DNA from: the human T2T-CHM13v2.0 reference genome, Homo sapiens
Length of the DNA stretch: 64,000 nucleotides
Strand: one strand, 5' to 3'
Assembly (NCBI RefSeq): GCF_009914755.1
Contig: NC_060942.1
The number at the start of each line of letters is the position of its first letter. Position 1 is the first letter of the stretch. A program made the translations under genes and the position numbers. This document shows, in pieces, positions 45,701-60,379 of the stretch. The notes under the pieces were generated by a model. The model saw only the letters and a list, made by a program, of their open reading frames with translations. It was not told the origin of the DNA and ran no database searches.

Positions 45701-47374
45701 TTAGACCCAAATCACTATAAAGACATCACATGCTCATGGATTGGAAGACTCAGTATTGGTAAAGTGGCAATAATCTTCAAACTGATATTCAAACTAAATA
45801 CATCCCCTATCAAAATCTTAGGAATTTCGAAAGATTAATCCAAAAACTCGTATAGAAATGGAAGGGATCCAGAATAGCCAAATTATCTTGAAAAATAAGG
45901 ATAAAATTGGAGCATTCACACTTCCTGATTTCAAAGCTTACTATACAGCTATAGTAATCAGTGCAGTGTGGTATAAGAATAGACATACAAATCAATGGAA
46001 TAGAACTGAGACTCCAGAAATTACCCCTTACATTTACTGATTTTTGAAAAAGATGCCAAGACAATTCAAAAGGAATTTGTGTGTATCTGCACACGCAAAA
46101 ATATTCGTTAGCAAATTATTAATCAGAGACACAATGAGATACTACCACCTCACACCAACTATGGTGGCTCTAATATAAAAAATGGAAGTAATATGTGTTG
46201 GCAAGGATGTAGGAAAACTTAAATTCTCACACATTGCTGGTGGGAATGTTGAATCCTGCAGCCACTTTAGGAAACAGTTTGGCAGTTCCTCAACTGATTA
46301 AACATAGAGTTACCTACTGCATGTCCCAGCAATTCTACTCTCATGCATACAAACAAGATAATTCAAAACTACACACAAACTTGTACATCTAAATGTTCAT
46401 AGCAGTGCCAAAGTAGAAACAACCCAAATGTCCATCAACTGAAGCATGGTTAACAAACAGTGGTGTGGAATGTGGCATATACAATAGAATATTACCTTGC
46501 AATAAAATGAAATAAAGTACCCATGCAAAATGGATCTTGCAAACCTCATGCTGAATGAAAAAAAGCCAGACACAAAAGGCTACATATATTATAGTACTCC
46601 TTTTATATGAAATTTCCAGAATAGGCAAAGCTATAAAAATAGACAGTAGATTAGTAATTTCTAGGGGTTGGGAGACGAGGAGAATGGGGAATGACTGCCA
46701 ATAAATATGGAGTTTCTTTTGCGGTTGATGATAATGTTCTGCATGTTAATGGTGGTGGTAGATGCGCAAATCTGTGAATACACTGAAAAACACTAAAATT
46801 CTATACTTTAAAAATTATTTTTGGTATAAGAATTATATCATCATAAAGTTTTATAAAATAATAATTGATATTAAAAACTCAAAGGATGAATTAGACTACA
46901 GGAAAGAATAAGTGAACTGGGATATAAATCTGAAGATATGACCCAGAATACAACAAAAAGATGCAGAGATGGAAAATATACAAGAAAAGTTAAGAGATAT
47001 CAAGGATAGAGTGAGAACATTTAATAAGTCTAATCAGAGTTCCAAAAGGAAAGGAAAGAGAATAGGAGAGAGGCCATATCAGAAGAGATAATGGCTGAGT
47101 ATTTTTCAGAATTGATTAATGATACCAATTCTCAAATTCAGGAAGTGCAACAAGTTCCAAGAACAACTTAAAAAGAAGAAAAGAAAAGAAATTAACACCT
47201 GGACATATCATACTAGTCTGCAGAACACCAAAGACAAATTGAAGCTCTTAAAAACGGTCAGGTGAAATATAAGTCAGCAATAAAAAGGAACAAATTATTG
47301 AAACACCCAGAAACTTGATTAGATTTCAAGAATATTAGGCTGAGTGAAAAGCCAAGGTACAAAATGAGGCATGA

Positions 47375-47574
47375 GTCTGTGCTAGTTGCCATAACAAAAT
47401 ACCATAGACTGAGGGGTGTAAACAATAAAAATGTATTTTCTTACAGTCTGGAGGCTAGAAATCCCAGATCAAGGCCCAGCAGGGTAGATTTCTGGTGAAA
47501 GCTCTCTTCCTGGCTTGCAGAAAATCACTGTTTCCCTGCCCTCATATGGCAGAGAGAATGAGAGAGAGGGAGGG

Positions 47575-47626
<52 letters not shown>

Positions 47627-47740
47627 TTCCCTGGTGTCTCTTTGTTTAACCTCATTAAAGGCTGTATTTCCAAACACAGTCACATTGAGTGTTAATAATA
47701 CAGTCACATTGAGGTTAAACATAATTCAATTCATAGCATG
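47375..47740 (-). mobile_element. MLT1A/MST-type MaLR LTR containing (GA)n at ~47558-47622
   Basis: gccataacaaaataccatagactg...ctggaggctagaaatcccagatcaagg. Confidence 0.65.
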
Positions 47741-48125
47741 CAGCATGATTCCAGTTATGTAATATTTTCAAAAATATAAAATTATAGAGATGGAGAGCAG
47801 ATTAATAGTTGCCAGGGGTTAGTGATGGTAGGAGGTTTGGGTGTGGCTGTTAAGTGGTAGCATAAGGGAGATCTCTGTCATAATAAAATCATTCTGTATC
47901 TTGAAACTACTGAGTGATGCTTACAGAAATCTACACATGTGATACAATGAGATAGAACTATATATACACAATGTGCCAATATCAATTTCCTCATTTTGCC
48001 ATTGTATTATAGTTAAGTAACATGTAACCATTGGGGAAAACTGCGGGGAAGGGTACAAAGGGCCCCTCTTTTCTATTTTTGTAGCTTTCTGTGAATCTGT
48101 AATTATTATGAAATAAAAAGTTTTT
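47741..48125 (+). mobile_element. L1MC 3' end
   Basis: tagttgccaggggttagtgatgg...gtaacatgtaaccattgggg...aaataaaaagttt. Confidence 0.7.
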
Positions 48126-48316
48126 TAAAAAGCAGCCAGGAACAAAAGATAGTTTACTAATTAAAATTTTGGTCTGAGATACATGAAGAAATGGTTAGCA
48201 ATTAAACCAATAAATTATCAATAAATATAAATATTATTAAACTTTCTAGAAGAAATAGAGTATATAATCTCCAAACTACTAAATGCATAAAAATAAAGTG
48301 AAAGAAAAAAGGCTGA

Positions 48317-48602
<286 letters not shown>

Positions 48603-49154
48603 TTGAATGAATTTTTAAATTAAGGAAAGATGGAAGAAATAAAAACTGAAAACATAAGAAAAATAGAAACCATAAAAGTACAAGAAATAAATTCAAATAT
48701 AATTAAAAGTAGAATAAGCTCAGTTTTGAAGACAAAATTTATTGTATAGATTTTTAAAAATCCATTATATGCCATCTTAAAGAGACATACCTAAAACAAG
48801 GCATGGAGAGTTGAAAATGAAAGGACAGGGAAAAAATATCAAAATAGAAAACTAGGTGTCTAACTGTATTAAAGTCAGATAAAATATTAATAGATGTTAA
48901 GGTGAAACTAAAGGATACAGATTTCCTGTCAATGTAAGGAAGAAATCGCTAAGGGAACTAACAAAAGTAGAATAAGTGACATCCAGAGTCACTGAATTCT
49001 CCATCTATTGAGAAGTTCAAATCTGACATTTCCTTGACTTCAAACATCTGACATTTCCTTCTGAATATGAATTATCATATCTACAATAAAAGTCTGGTGC
49101 ACATGTGTGTATATGTCTGAGTGTGATTATGTGTATGCTAGGGTATATGTGTCA

Positions 49155-49173
49155 CATACACATACAGACACAT

Positions 49174-49226
<53 letters not shown>
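49155..49226. repeat. (CA)n microsatellite
   Basis: Direct reading. Confidence 0.95.
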
Positions 49227-49228
<2 letters not shown>

Positions 49229-49239
49229 GTCCATTATTA

Positions 49240-49624
<385 letters not shown>

Positions 49625-52054
49625 TCAAAGGACAATTTTTAATGTCCTATCTCATCTAACTTAGTCAACATCAGTTAGTTATCTAAGTTACTAACAGATA
49701 CCCAAAGAAATATAAACATTGTAAGGCCTTCTGAACACGGCAACACCTTTTGAGGGTGGGGTGGGTGGCAACTGTTTGGCAAGTGCATGCAGTTATCCTT
49801 TTGCAATACAGATCTTTAGGTTTTTAATTTCTGGAACGAGATCTATCAAAAAACTGAGACTTTCTTGGAAGGTCTCCAGGAATGGGAGTGGATAGAGCCA
49901 GCTCTACCTGCCCCAAGATACTCCTAAGGGTGGAGCTCAGAGAACTATATTTTTAACAAGCATCTCTGGAGAATTCTGAATCACACTAAGGACTGGGAAA
50001 TATGATTTTAAGGGATCTCAAGGCTTCAGCATAAAAGAAGTAAGCTCTTTTTCTATGCTTTAAAATATCAATTTCTCTAGAATATTCCTTGTTTTCTTTT
50101 ATTGGAGACAAGGAAATTATAAAGACATTTGAAGATGGTATTCTCACTTTATTCATTTTTTGGGAAACTGTCCTGGGTCTATATTTCCAATCACATCTCA
50201 TTCATTCTCTGCTACTCTGAAAAGAGCTCATGTCATTATTCACTGTGATGATGGGAATCTGGCCTTAGACCACATCTAGGAGTACAGCCTCAAGAAACAG
50301 ACAAAAATGGTCATGGTTACAGGATATAATTTCTATAATCCTAAAAAGAGTATAGCAACAGTCTCAAGGAGATAAAACCTAGCCAGCAAGAAGCTTATTA
50401 TAAATGTGATCTAGTTACAAGTCAAAAAGAGGAAATAAAAATAATTATTTTTAACTTCTGTAGTCACTAATTAAATGAATGACCTATTGTAATATAATTT
50501 GAAATATTTATTTGGAGAAGAATTACTAGAAAAACTAACTTTAGATTTTAGCAAAAAGAGAAAATAAACAAAGAAGTGGCTGACTTTGTTCCCTCTTCAT
50601 AAAGTTCCAGAATTTAACATTTTCATCAGAAGGTACAAAAATAGCCTCTACACAATCTTATGAGACACAAAGTGAATAACTGAACTCAATTTGCCTTATT
50701 AAAATTTATTATATAACAGCCATTTAATCATTTTTTAGCTGGACTGTAAATGTCCTCCTATAGACTGAAATGCTCTGAGAAACAATTGTGCTCTCTTATA
50801 TGTCACCCACGTCTTCAACACTGCTGACTATGTAATGAGACATTAAAAATGCCTGTGGGTTAAGTAACTGCTTTTTTAAAAGGACTCATTGTGAACTCAA
50901 ATATCCTTATGAAATTTTAGTATACCAAGTTAAAGAGAAAACTTTTAAAAGCTTTCTGAGAGCAAAAACAACTAATTTGCAGTGAGATGAGAATCATATC
51001 AACTTTCAGATTTTCCAGGTTTAGATGGACTACAATGAAACAACGGCTTCAAAGTGCTAACAGAAAGTGGCATAAGCCATAGAATTCTATGCCCAGCCAG
51101 TTTACCAATCTGCAAGTCAGACTGAAAGGAGTCAACATTAAATTCTTTTTCTGGAAAAAAAAAAGTCACTTGAGCATATGCTCTAGGAAAATGAAAATGG
51201 AAATCAAAAAAGATGAATACATGGAATCCAAGAAATAATGGCCACAAATCAGAATAGCGATAAAAAGAATTCCTAGTAAAGGCAATTGTTTCGAATTAAG
51301 CACATAGTCAGACTTGGAGATGAATGTGTTTAATAAGAAAATAAATTCACTTCAGCAATTAAATATGATTTAAGAAGGCGTATGAATTTACAAATAGAAT
51401 GAAGGTAATTGTTTTTCTGTTAACAAGATAATAAAATAAGACAAACAGAAATTCCTTGAAAAATAAAAAGCTCTACAGCAAAATCAGTCTATATAAAACA
51501 AATTAAATGTAGCACAATTCTGAACAGGGGTGTAATGAATGATAAACCATTTGATCTTGGTTTCTGAAGTATTCATCTTGTAGCTACACATATTTAGGAG
51601 AAGTGTTCCATTTCCTTTTCTGCAAGTCCAACTAAAGTTTTTGGTTCTATGGAAAATAATATGTATGCAATTACAGTATTGTAAGTGCCCTTTATTGGAT
51701 TCTAGTTTTTTAAATCATCTTATATACAAGGCATAGAAGATAATAATAGTTCTAAAACACAATGGAAATGTCATAAACCATGGTGTAAGAGTTGTGAGAT
51801 AGAAAGGGAAAAGGAGGTATGAAAATGTAAGGGTGTATGTAGCCTCATTATTTTTTATAATGAAGACTTGAGAGATGCTATCAAAAGTTGAATGATCAAG
51901 GAAACACTTTACCTATCAATTTAAAGTTACAAAGTAAGCCAGTAGAAGAACTATGTATAATACTACTAAGACACTTTGAGAAGAGGAGGGAGACAGGAGT
52001 GGTGTTAATGAGCTCTATTCCTTGTCTTCGATACGTGGGACTCAATAGATATTT

Positions 52055-52508
52055 GTGTATGATAGCTTGGCTTATTGATCCCAATTCTGCTCCCTCCTGT
52101 GAAGAATTATACATCCACACTCTTCGTCGTGTGATTTTTCGCATGCTTCCTGGTAGAGCACATATAGTGCCATCCCTACTCCGTTGACTCTCACTTTGGC
52201 CGTGTGAATTATTTTCAACAATGGAATGTGGGTGGAAGTGACAGTGGCCAGTTGTAAACAGAGGCTTCCAAAAATATCATGTGTTTGTGTTGCTCCTCTT
52301 CAGCTGTGGCCGTCTGCCATGGGAAGAACATGCCCTAAATAATGGCCACTTCTTTAGCCTAAGTCCCAAAATGAGAAGATGCATACAGCCAAGCCTGACT
52401 AAGTCCAGCATAGCTGCAGACAGTGACTCATGAGCTTGAAATAAGTGTTTGTTGTTGTAAGCCACAATTTGGGGATTGTTTGTGCGGCAGCAAAAATTGA
52501 TAAACATA
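52055..52508 (+). mobile_element. MLT1I-like MaLR LTR
   Basis: caatggaatgtgggtggaagtgacag...gttgtaagccacaatttggggattgtttg. Confidence 0.7.
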
Positions 52509-52769
52509 CTATCTGAAGTTGATGAACTGAGAATGGGGACTATATTATTTAGAGTTAGAGGAGGAATCTACCAGGAGAGGGAGGAGTGGCAACCACCTAA
52601 CAAAAATGGTTAGTTACTTCTAAAGATTGTGTTGGGGAAGAGAGTTTAAGTTTTTTATTTCACAGAAACCTGTCCTTTGTCAATGTTTGTCATATGCACA
52701 TTTCCCTTTAAAATATAAAAAGTAAGGTGCATACCATCCAGGAGGTGATATAAGCCTTTAAAATACAAA

Positions 52770-53160
52770 ACATTATAGCAACAATGTGATGAGACATCTA
52801 GCTTGTGTCAGAAAAAAAGTGCTGCAGATGATTAAATTGTAGGAATTTAGATAAAAGAAAAGATCAACCTGACAAGAGGTTGTAGACAGTAGAGAAAACT
52901 GCACTGGGATGGAAATCTTAGAGTAGAGAAAAGGTGGACGAAAGTAGGCAAGGAAGAAACAGTGTAACACATAACATGTAGAGCATGGGGAAGGACTCGG
53001 TGAGTGGTAGGGCTAGACAGAGAATTCTTATGGGTGAGCTGTGGCAAGAGGTCTCAGGTAGTTGGGAGGGGGACCACTTGTGAAGGGCCTGGAATGCTAG
53101 ACTGATGTGTGTGGACATGAACTGGATGTTTTGGGAAGGTCAATATAGCAGGGCTGTGTG
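52770..53160 (-). mobile_element. L2 relic
   Basis: Purine-rich gaccacttgtgaagggcctggaatgctag pattern. Confidence 0.45.
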
Positions 53161-53716
53161 GGGTGGGGATATTGTATAGTGAAAACACGATCCTCAGAGC
53201 TGGTGGAAACTAACTTACGGGCCATTTAGGCAAGTGGTGTGGCAGATGTCAAGGTATTGCTATTAACTCATGTGGCTTTTGTTACCACATCCTCTAGGCC
53301 CAAATTGACAAAAAGCAGTGCCTCATTTTTTTTTTGCTAGAAATATGTAGGCTGTTATTCAGAGAGACTGTTTGGTTGCCCTGAAGGACTGCAAAGATAT
53401 AACTTGAAGAAAGAAGAGGCCAGGAAAATGTATCTTATAAACCTTTGAAAGCCACTCCTAACTAAAAAAGACCTGCAGTTATCTTGCCTACCCTGTACTA
53501 CTTGACATGGGAATTTTCATTGAGGCTTTCTAAATGCTATCTAACAATATCATAAATCATATGCATTCATAGTTAAAATTTTGGCATTCTTACTCTGTAG
53601 TACCTCTTTTGAACCGATTACCCATTGCCTCTTCCATTTCGCTTTATTTGAAGTTTATGTCATTTGATTTTCTTTTTAAATGACGGCTACTCTACTTTCC
53701 TTAAATTTTATATTAA

Positions 53717-54095
<379 letters not shown>

Positions 54096-54386
54096 TGACC
54101 TTATGCCCAAATGGTATGTCTTGGGCCTTATCAATGCAGGCCCTGTTCCACTTGCAGTGCCTCTGGCTTGTTTTCACTGATGTCTCAACTTTTCCACTCC
54201 TCCATATTTGCTTACTTCAGGCTTCAGCTGGGTCTCTGATCTAGCAGTTCATAGCACTTTTTCCACTATGATAGACCATTTAAATGTCCAAAGCATATAT
54301 GTGGAATTCCTAATCGTCTAGCAGTAAATTTTCCCTTTGCTTTCTGACTCAAGAAAGCCTATTGGAATGCAAGAAATTGGGAGTGA

Positions 54387-54699
<313 letters not shown>

Positions 54700-54927
54700 A
54701 GGGGTGATGTTTTTATAGGAATAATCTGCAATCTGATCTCATTTCTGTTTCAAAATTTTATTCTCAACTTCTGGTTCCAGAACAAGGTAGAATAGTGGGT
54801 GAAGTACACTGCCTACTAACAATAGCTAAAAGCCCTGAGCATTGTTTATGAAACAAACAGAAGAGTCTAAAAGGTGGAGAGAAGAAGACAATTGACTAGG
54901 GATCTACAGGGACCCATCCACCATTGA

Positions 54928-55383
<456 letters not shown>

Positions 55384-55764
55384 TAAACCCATAAATGCCT
55401 GTTCTCTCTAGCCAAAGGATCAGGAAAGGGGCAACCTAGCAAGAGAGAAAACTTTTAGAAAATAAATGCCCTATTCCAACCAAACATTGAAGAAAACATA
55501 TTTGACCTCACCCCTTCCCTGTCCATAAAGGCTTTGAATAGAGAGCCTAGACTGCCATCTTCACTCTGTTGTAACAATGCACCCCTCATGACCTCACTCC
55601 CTGCTGAGAAGGAGTCAGAGAAGACCACGTGGCCAAGTGGAGACCCAGGGCTTTAATCCCTGCCCAGTCAACAGAATGGACAGCACAAAAATAAACAAAA
55701 AACCATGACCCAACAATAGGCAAGGGCATTAAGTTGAGTAAAAAAGCCAATCTCAAAAGGGCAC

Positions 55765-56123
55765 TATATTAGTCCATTTTCATGCTGCTGATAAAGACAT
55801 ACCTGAGACTGGGCAGAAAAAGAGGTTTAATTGGACTTACAGTTCCACATGGCTGGGGAGGCCTCAGAATCATGGCAGGAGGTGAAAGGCACTTTTTACA
55901 TGGCGGCGGCAAGAGAAAAAAAAAAGAGGAAGATGCAAAAGCGGAAATCCCTGATAAAACCATCAGATCTCGTGAGACTTATTCACTACCACAAGAACAG
56001 TACGGGGGAACTGCCCCCAAGATTCAAATTATCTCCCACTGGGTCCCTCCTACAACACATGAGAATTATGAGAGTACAATTCAAGATGAGATTTGGGTGG
56101 GGACACAGAGCCAAACCATAACA
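55765..56123 (-). mobile_element. THE1 (THE1C-like) MaLR solo LTR
   Basis: attagtccattttcatgctgctgataaagacatacctgagactggg...gggacacagagccaaaccataaca; 5-bp TSD ggcac/gccac. Confidence 0.88.
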
Positions 56124-56297
56124 GCCACATACTGTATGATTCCATTTATACGACATCCATAGCCACATACTGTATGATTCCATTTACACAACTATAGAGA
56201 CAGGGAACAGATAAGTGGTTGCCAGGGGTTAGAGATAGTGAGGGTGGGGAAGAGGGTGTGGCTATAAAGGAGATCTTTGTGGTGATGAAATACTACT

Positions 56298-56946
56298 TGA
56301 TATAGTAGGATGATTTGGGATCCTAATGTCTCAAAATGGGGTCACTCCTATCAAGTAGTATTGAGGCCACAGTGAAGTTGTTTACTCCTCAAAGTGCTAA
56401 ATGTGTACTCCTCAAAGTGCTAAACGTGTGTGTGTAATGGCTTGAGGTGATAACACCTGCTCTTGCCTGGTACCACCTGAGACCTGAAATGAACTGACAG
56501 AAATTGAAAAGTGGCTGAGTTAATGACAGTGGACATATCTGAGAGGATCCTGAAAGCAGCAAGCACCTGGTCTTAGCCTAGATGCCTTAAGAGGCTCTGC
56601 CCATGAGAACTGTGAGGTCATCTCCCAACTTGGCAACGGTCACTGCGGGCTCTGCCTGAGAGAAGCAGAAGTGGTGACCCCCCACCCCCACACCTGACCA
56701 ACATCTGAAGGACTTCTGTACCCGCTGGACATGTCTGTCAGTGCGTTGGTCTCCCAAGCCCATCACTGTGGTTCATTACCCACCTCTGATGACTGCCTAT
56801 GTGTTAAATATTAATTACATAATTGATGGTGTGTGAAGACCTCACAATAAACCATGAATTCAAACATACATAATTGGCTACTGAGTCATTGTGAAACCTC
56901 TCAGCTTTGGTCAGAGTTAGCAAACCTAGGCCATAGGAAATTAACA
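56298..56946 (+). mobile_element. LTR-like insert (family unassigned) within an L1MC 3' end
   Basis: TG...CA ends, AATAAA at ~56846; host L1MC motif ggtgatg|acagctctgtatcttgatt is split around it. Confidence 0.45.
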
Positions 56947-58579
56947 TAACAGCTCTGTATCTTGATTCGGGTGGTAGTTACAGGAATCAACTCGTGGTAA
57001 AATGGCATAGAGCTACACACACACATTGCACCAATGTCAATTTCCTGGTTTTGATATTATACTACAGTTATATAAGGTGTAATCATTGGGGGAAACTGCA
57101 ACTATTAGTCACTGTTACCTGCCCCACCTCCCACAAATGCCTAAAATGTACTGCTCTGATCACCACAAGGCTTTGATGGCATCCTGACTGGGATGCTACC
57201 TCCATCTCCCCAGGGCTGCCTTCACCTCGCTGACATGACATGATCACCACCAAATGGATGAATGTACCAAGGTTCCTGCCTGCATCCAATTTGCGTTCTC
57301 TTGTTCCTGGGCCTCACAACAGTGAGTGGTCATGACAGCGATGATGTCTACGGGCAGGGGAGCTATGAGACGAAGAAGTGCATGCATGTTCCTGAGGCTG
57401 CAGCCACAAGACAGAGCTGCCAGGCCTCCGTATGGCAAAGCAAACACAAGGAGTAAAAAATCATAAAATAATGGTGCTTTGCATTCTGCATGATTCCACA
57501 TACTTCGTATCACTGGACATCTGTGTGGGCTAGTTTGTGTCTGTCCCTCTCTCATCCATTACCCTCTTCTGTTCCTTCCCACAAGTGGGTGCTTGACACA
57601 CAATTCTGTATAAACAACCTCTACTCTTCTCCCTTCCCTGCCTACCATGTGGGTCAGTTGTTCCTGGACAGTTTACCCTGCTTCAGGCAACCCCCCCACA
57701 TCTCTCCATTAAACCAAATCCACCCTAGGTGCCATTCATTTGGTTTCTAGGTAGTCAGGAACAAACAATTTGGCCTTATTCATAAACTGAAAGAATATTA
57801 GCATCATTTAGATAACAACCATTTTAAAGGGGGCCTGATAGAAATAATGCCCTGAATTAATAAGTCTACTCCAAGGAGCAGCTCCCCTGGTGTGCTTCCG
57901 GGAGTCGGGGGCTGTGGTGAGGGGATGTCAGGGCAGATAGGCTATTTCAGGTAGGATTGTTCAATTTCAATGTGTCTCCATTACTTACTCTTCTAGGGGT
58001 TAATTTCTTCTATGGTAAGATCATAGAAATCATGAAAAATCCTTACAAATCCATAAAATAATGAAACAAATCTTGAATCCTACCATTATCCAGCCCAAAG
58101 ACAATGTCCCTTACCCCACAGGCATACCACGTGCATTACTGGAGGCAACCAATGAGTCCTGGGGCAGAGCCAAAGAAAAACAAGATTAACACTGGGAAAG
58201 AAAGCATTCTTACTCTGGATTCCCTGGTCTATGCCCTTTCAACTATTCCTTCTTGGCAAATCTTGACTTTGTTGTAAAGAATCTAGTTTTTTCCTGCTCT
58301 CAAATATGCTTACCCTTTTCTACCCCATTTTCTGTTCTGTTAGCAGGTACAGTGAAGACACATTTTGGAATGAATAGGAGTAGACTTGGATTGTTGAAGG
58401 GTAAATGTGCTTGGTTATAAAAACAGTTGTGAAAAGTGCATTTGATTACACGGTAGAATTATGTGCAAACAGCACACAATTTTTCATTTGTCTTACAGGT
58501 AGTTTTCATTGCAAAGAACTTGTTGCAAGCAGATTAAAAAGGTACTATTTTCCTGCGCTATTTAATGGTACACAGTTAT

Positions 58580-59870
58580 CTTTTTTTTTAATTGCTTTAT
58601 TGAGGTAATTGCACATACCATAAAATCCACATTTCAAGTGCACAGTTCAGGTAGTTTTCGTAAATCTACAACCATTACCACAATCCAATTTTAGAACATT
58701 TATATCACTGCAAAGAGATCTCTTGTGCCCCTTTGCAGTCATTCCCCATATCTACCCCCAGCTCTAGACCACTGATTATCTGTATCGATTTGCCTTTTCT
58801 AGATATCTTACATAGTCAATGTGTCACTTAATGACAGGGGTATGTTTTGGGAAATGCATTGTTAGGCAATTCTGTCATTGTGAGAATATCATACAGTATA
58901 CTCACAAACCTAGATGGTATAGCCTACTACACACCTAGGCTACATGGTACAGCTTATTGCTCCTAGGCTACAGACCTGTACAGCATGGGACTGTACTGAA
59001 TACCACAGGCAATTGTTAACACAATGGTATTTGTGTATCTAAACACAGAAAAGGTAACCCATTGCCCAACGACATTATGAAGGCTACCTCACTTGGTGAT
59101 AGTAACTTTTCAGCTGCATATAATCTTATGGGACCACCATTGTACAGGTGACCCATCATTGACCGGGGCATGGCTGTAAATAGATCCTACAATACAGGCT
59201 CTTACACATCTAGCTTCTTCCACTTAGCTTATCGTTTTTGAGGTTCCTCTATGTTGTATCTTCTATGACTACTTCGTTCCTTTTACTGAGTAGTAGTCCA
59301 CTGTATGGCATATACTGCATTTTATCCACGCAGCAGTTTCTGGACATTTGGACTGTTTCTACTTCTTGGCTATCATGAATAACACTGTTATTAATATTCA
59401 TGTACAAGTTACTGTATGAATTTATCTTCAGTTCTCTCAGGCATACGCCTAGGAGTGGAATTGTTGGGTGATAGAATACTTCATGTGTAACTTTTAAAAA
59501 AACCTGGAAAACTGTTTTCCAAAGTGGCTGCACCATTTTACATTTCCATAGGCAACGTATGAGGGTTCTAATTTCTCCATCTCTTCACCAACACTGCTAT
59601 TGTCTGTCTGTCTTTTGTACTACAGCCAGTGTAGTGGGTGTCAAGAACTTCCTTGTTGTGCTTCTAATTTGCATTTCCCTATTAACTAATGATGTTGAAC
59701 ACCTTTTTATGTAATTGTTGATCATTTAAATATCTTTGGTAAAACGTCTATTCAATTGTTTTGCCCATTTAAAATTGGACTATTAGTCTTATTACTGAGT
59801 TGTAAGAGTTCTTCATACATTCTGGCTACAAGTCCTTTAACAGATATATGATTTGCCAATCTTTTCTCCC
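58580..59870 (-). mobile_element. L1MB/ME 3' fragment
   Basis: MVQPLWKTV...PTIPLLG (ORF 59249) and reverse 3'UTR. Confidence 0.75.
58813..59176 (+). mobile_element. Tigger3a (MER7) DNA transposon
   Basis: cacaaacctagatggtatagcctactacacacctaggcta. Confidence 0.85.
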
Positions 59871-60379
59871 AAGATAAGAGTATTTTTTAACGATGACAAC
59901 TTTATTCCAAAGTGAAGTTTCCTTGTGGAACAGTAACAGGCTAGTCATGATTGACTTTGTTTCAAAATATTATATAAGTACTTTTAAAATAGTAACTTTT
60001 AACTTTTATTTTAGAATACTTGGAAGATGTAGACAAGCAAAAACAGGATACTAAAATTCCAGAGATAATCTTCAGGTTTTTTTTTTTTTTTTTCGGACAG
60101 CCTTTTGGTTATGTCAGAGGTAATATAAATTTAAAAGTGGGACCACTTAAATATTAAGTAATCTCTTATTGCAGCTCTTGGTTGGCAAGCAATAAGACAC
60201 AAACCTCTGAATTATTTAAGTAGAAAATTAATTTATTAAAAGAATGGTTGGTTATGCCTCGCGTGAGTGACAGAGCCAGGGTTTTGTCTTCTATCTTCAG
60301 GGCAGGGTACAGCTGGGTATTGGAATTGTACCAAGCAGTGTTTCCCAAGGGGGCACAGAGGGAGGGCCCCTCTCCGGGC

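Noticed and set aside
57244-57750. Apparently unique segment with several short ORFs
   Set aside because: No recognisable protein, RNA-gene or splice evidence.
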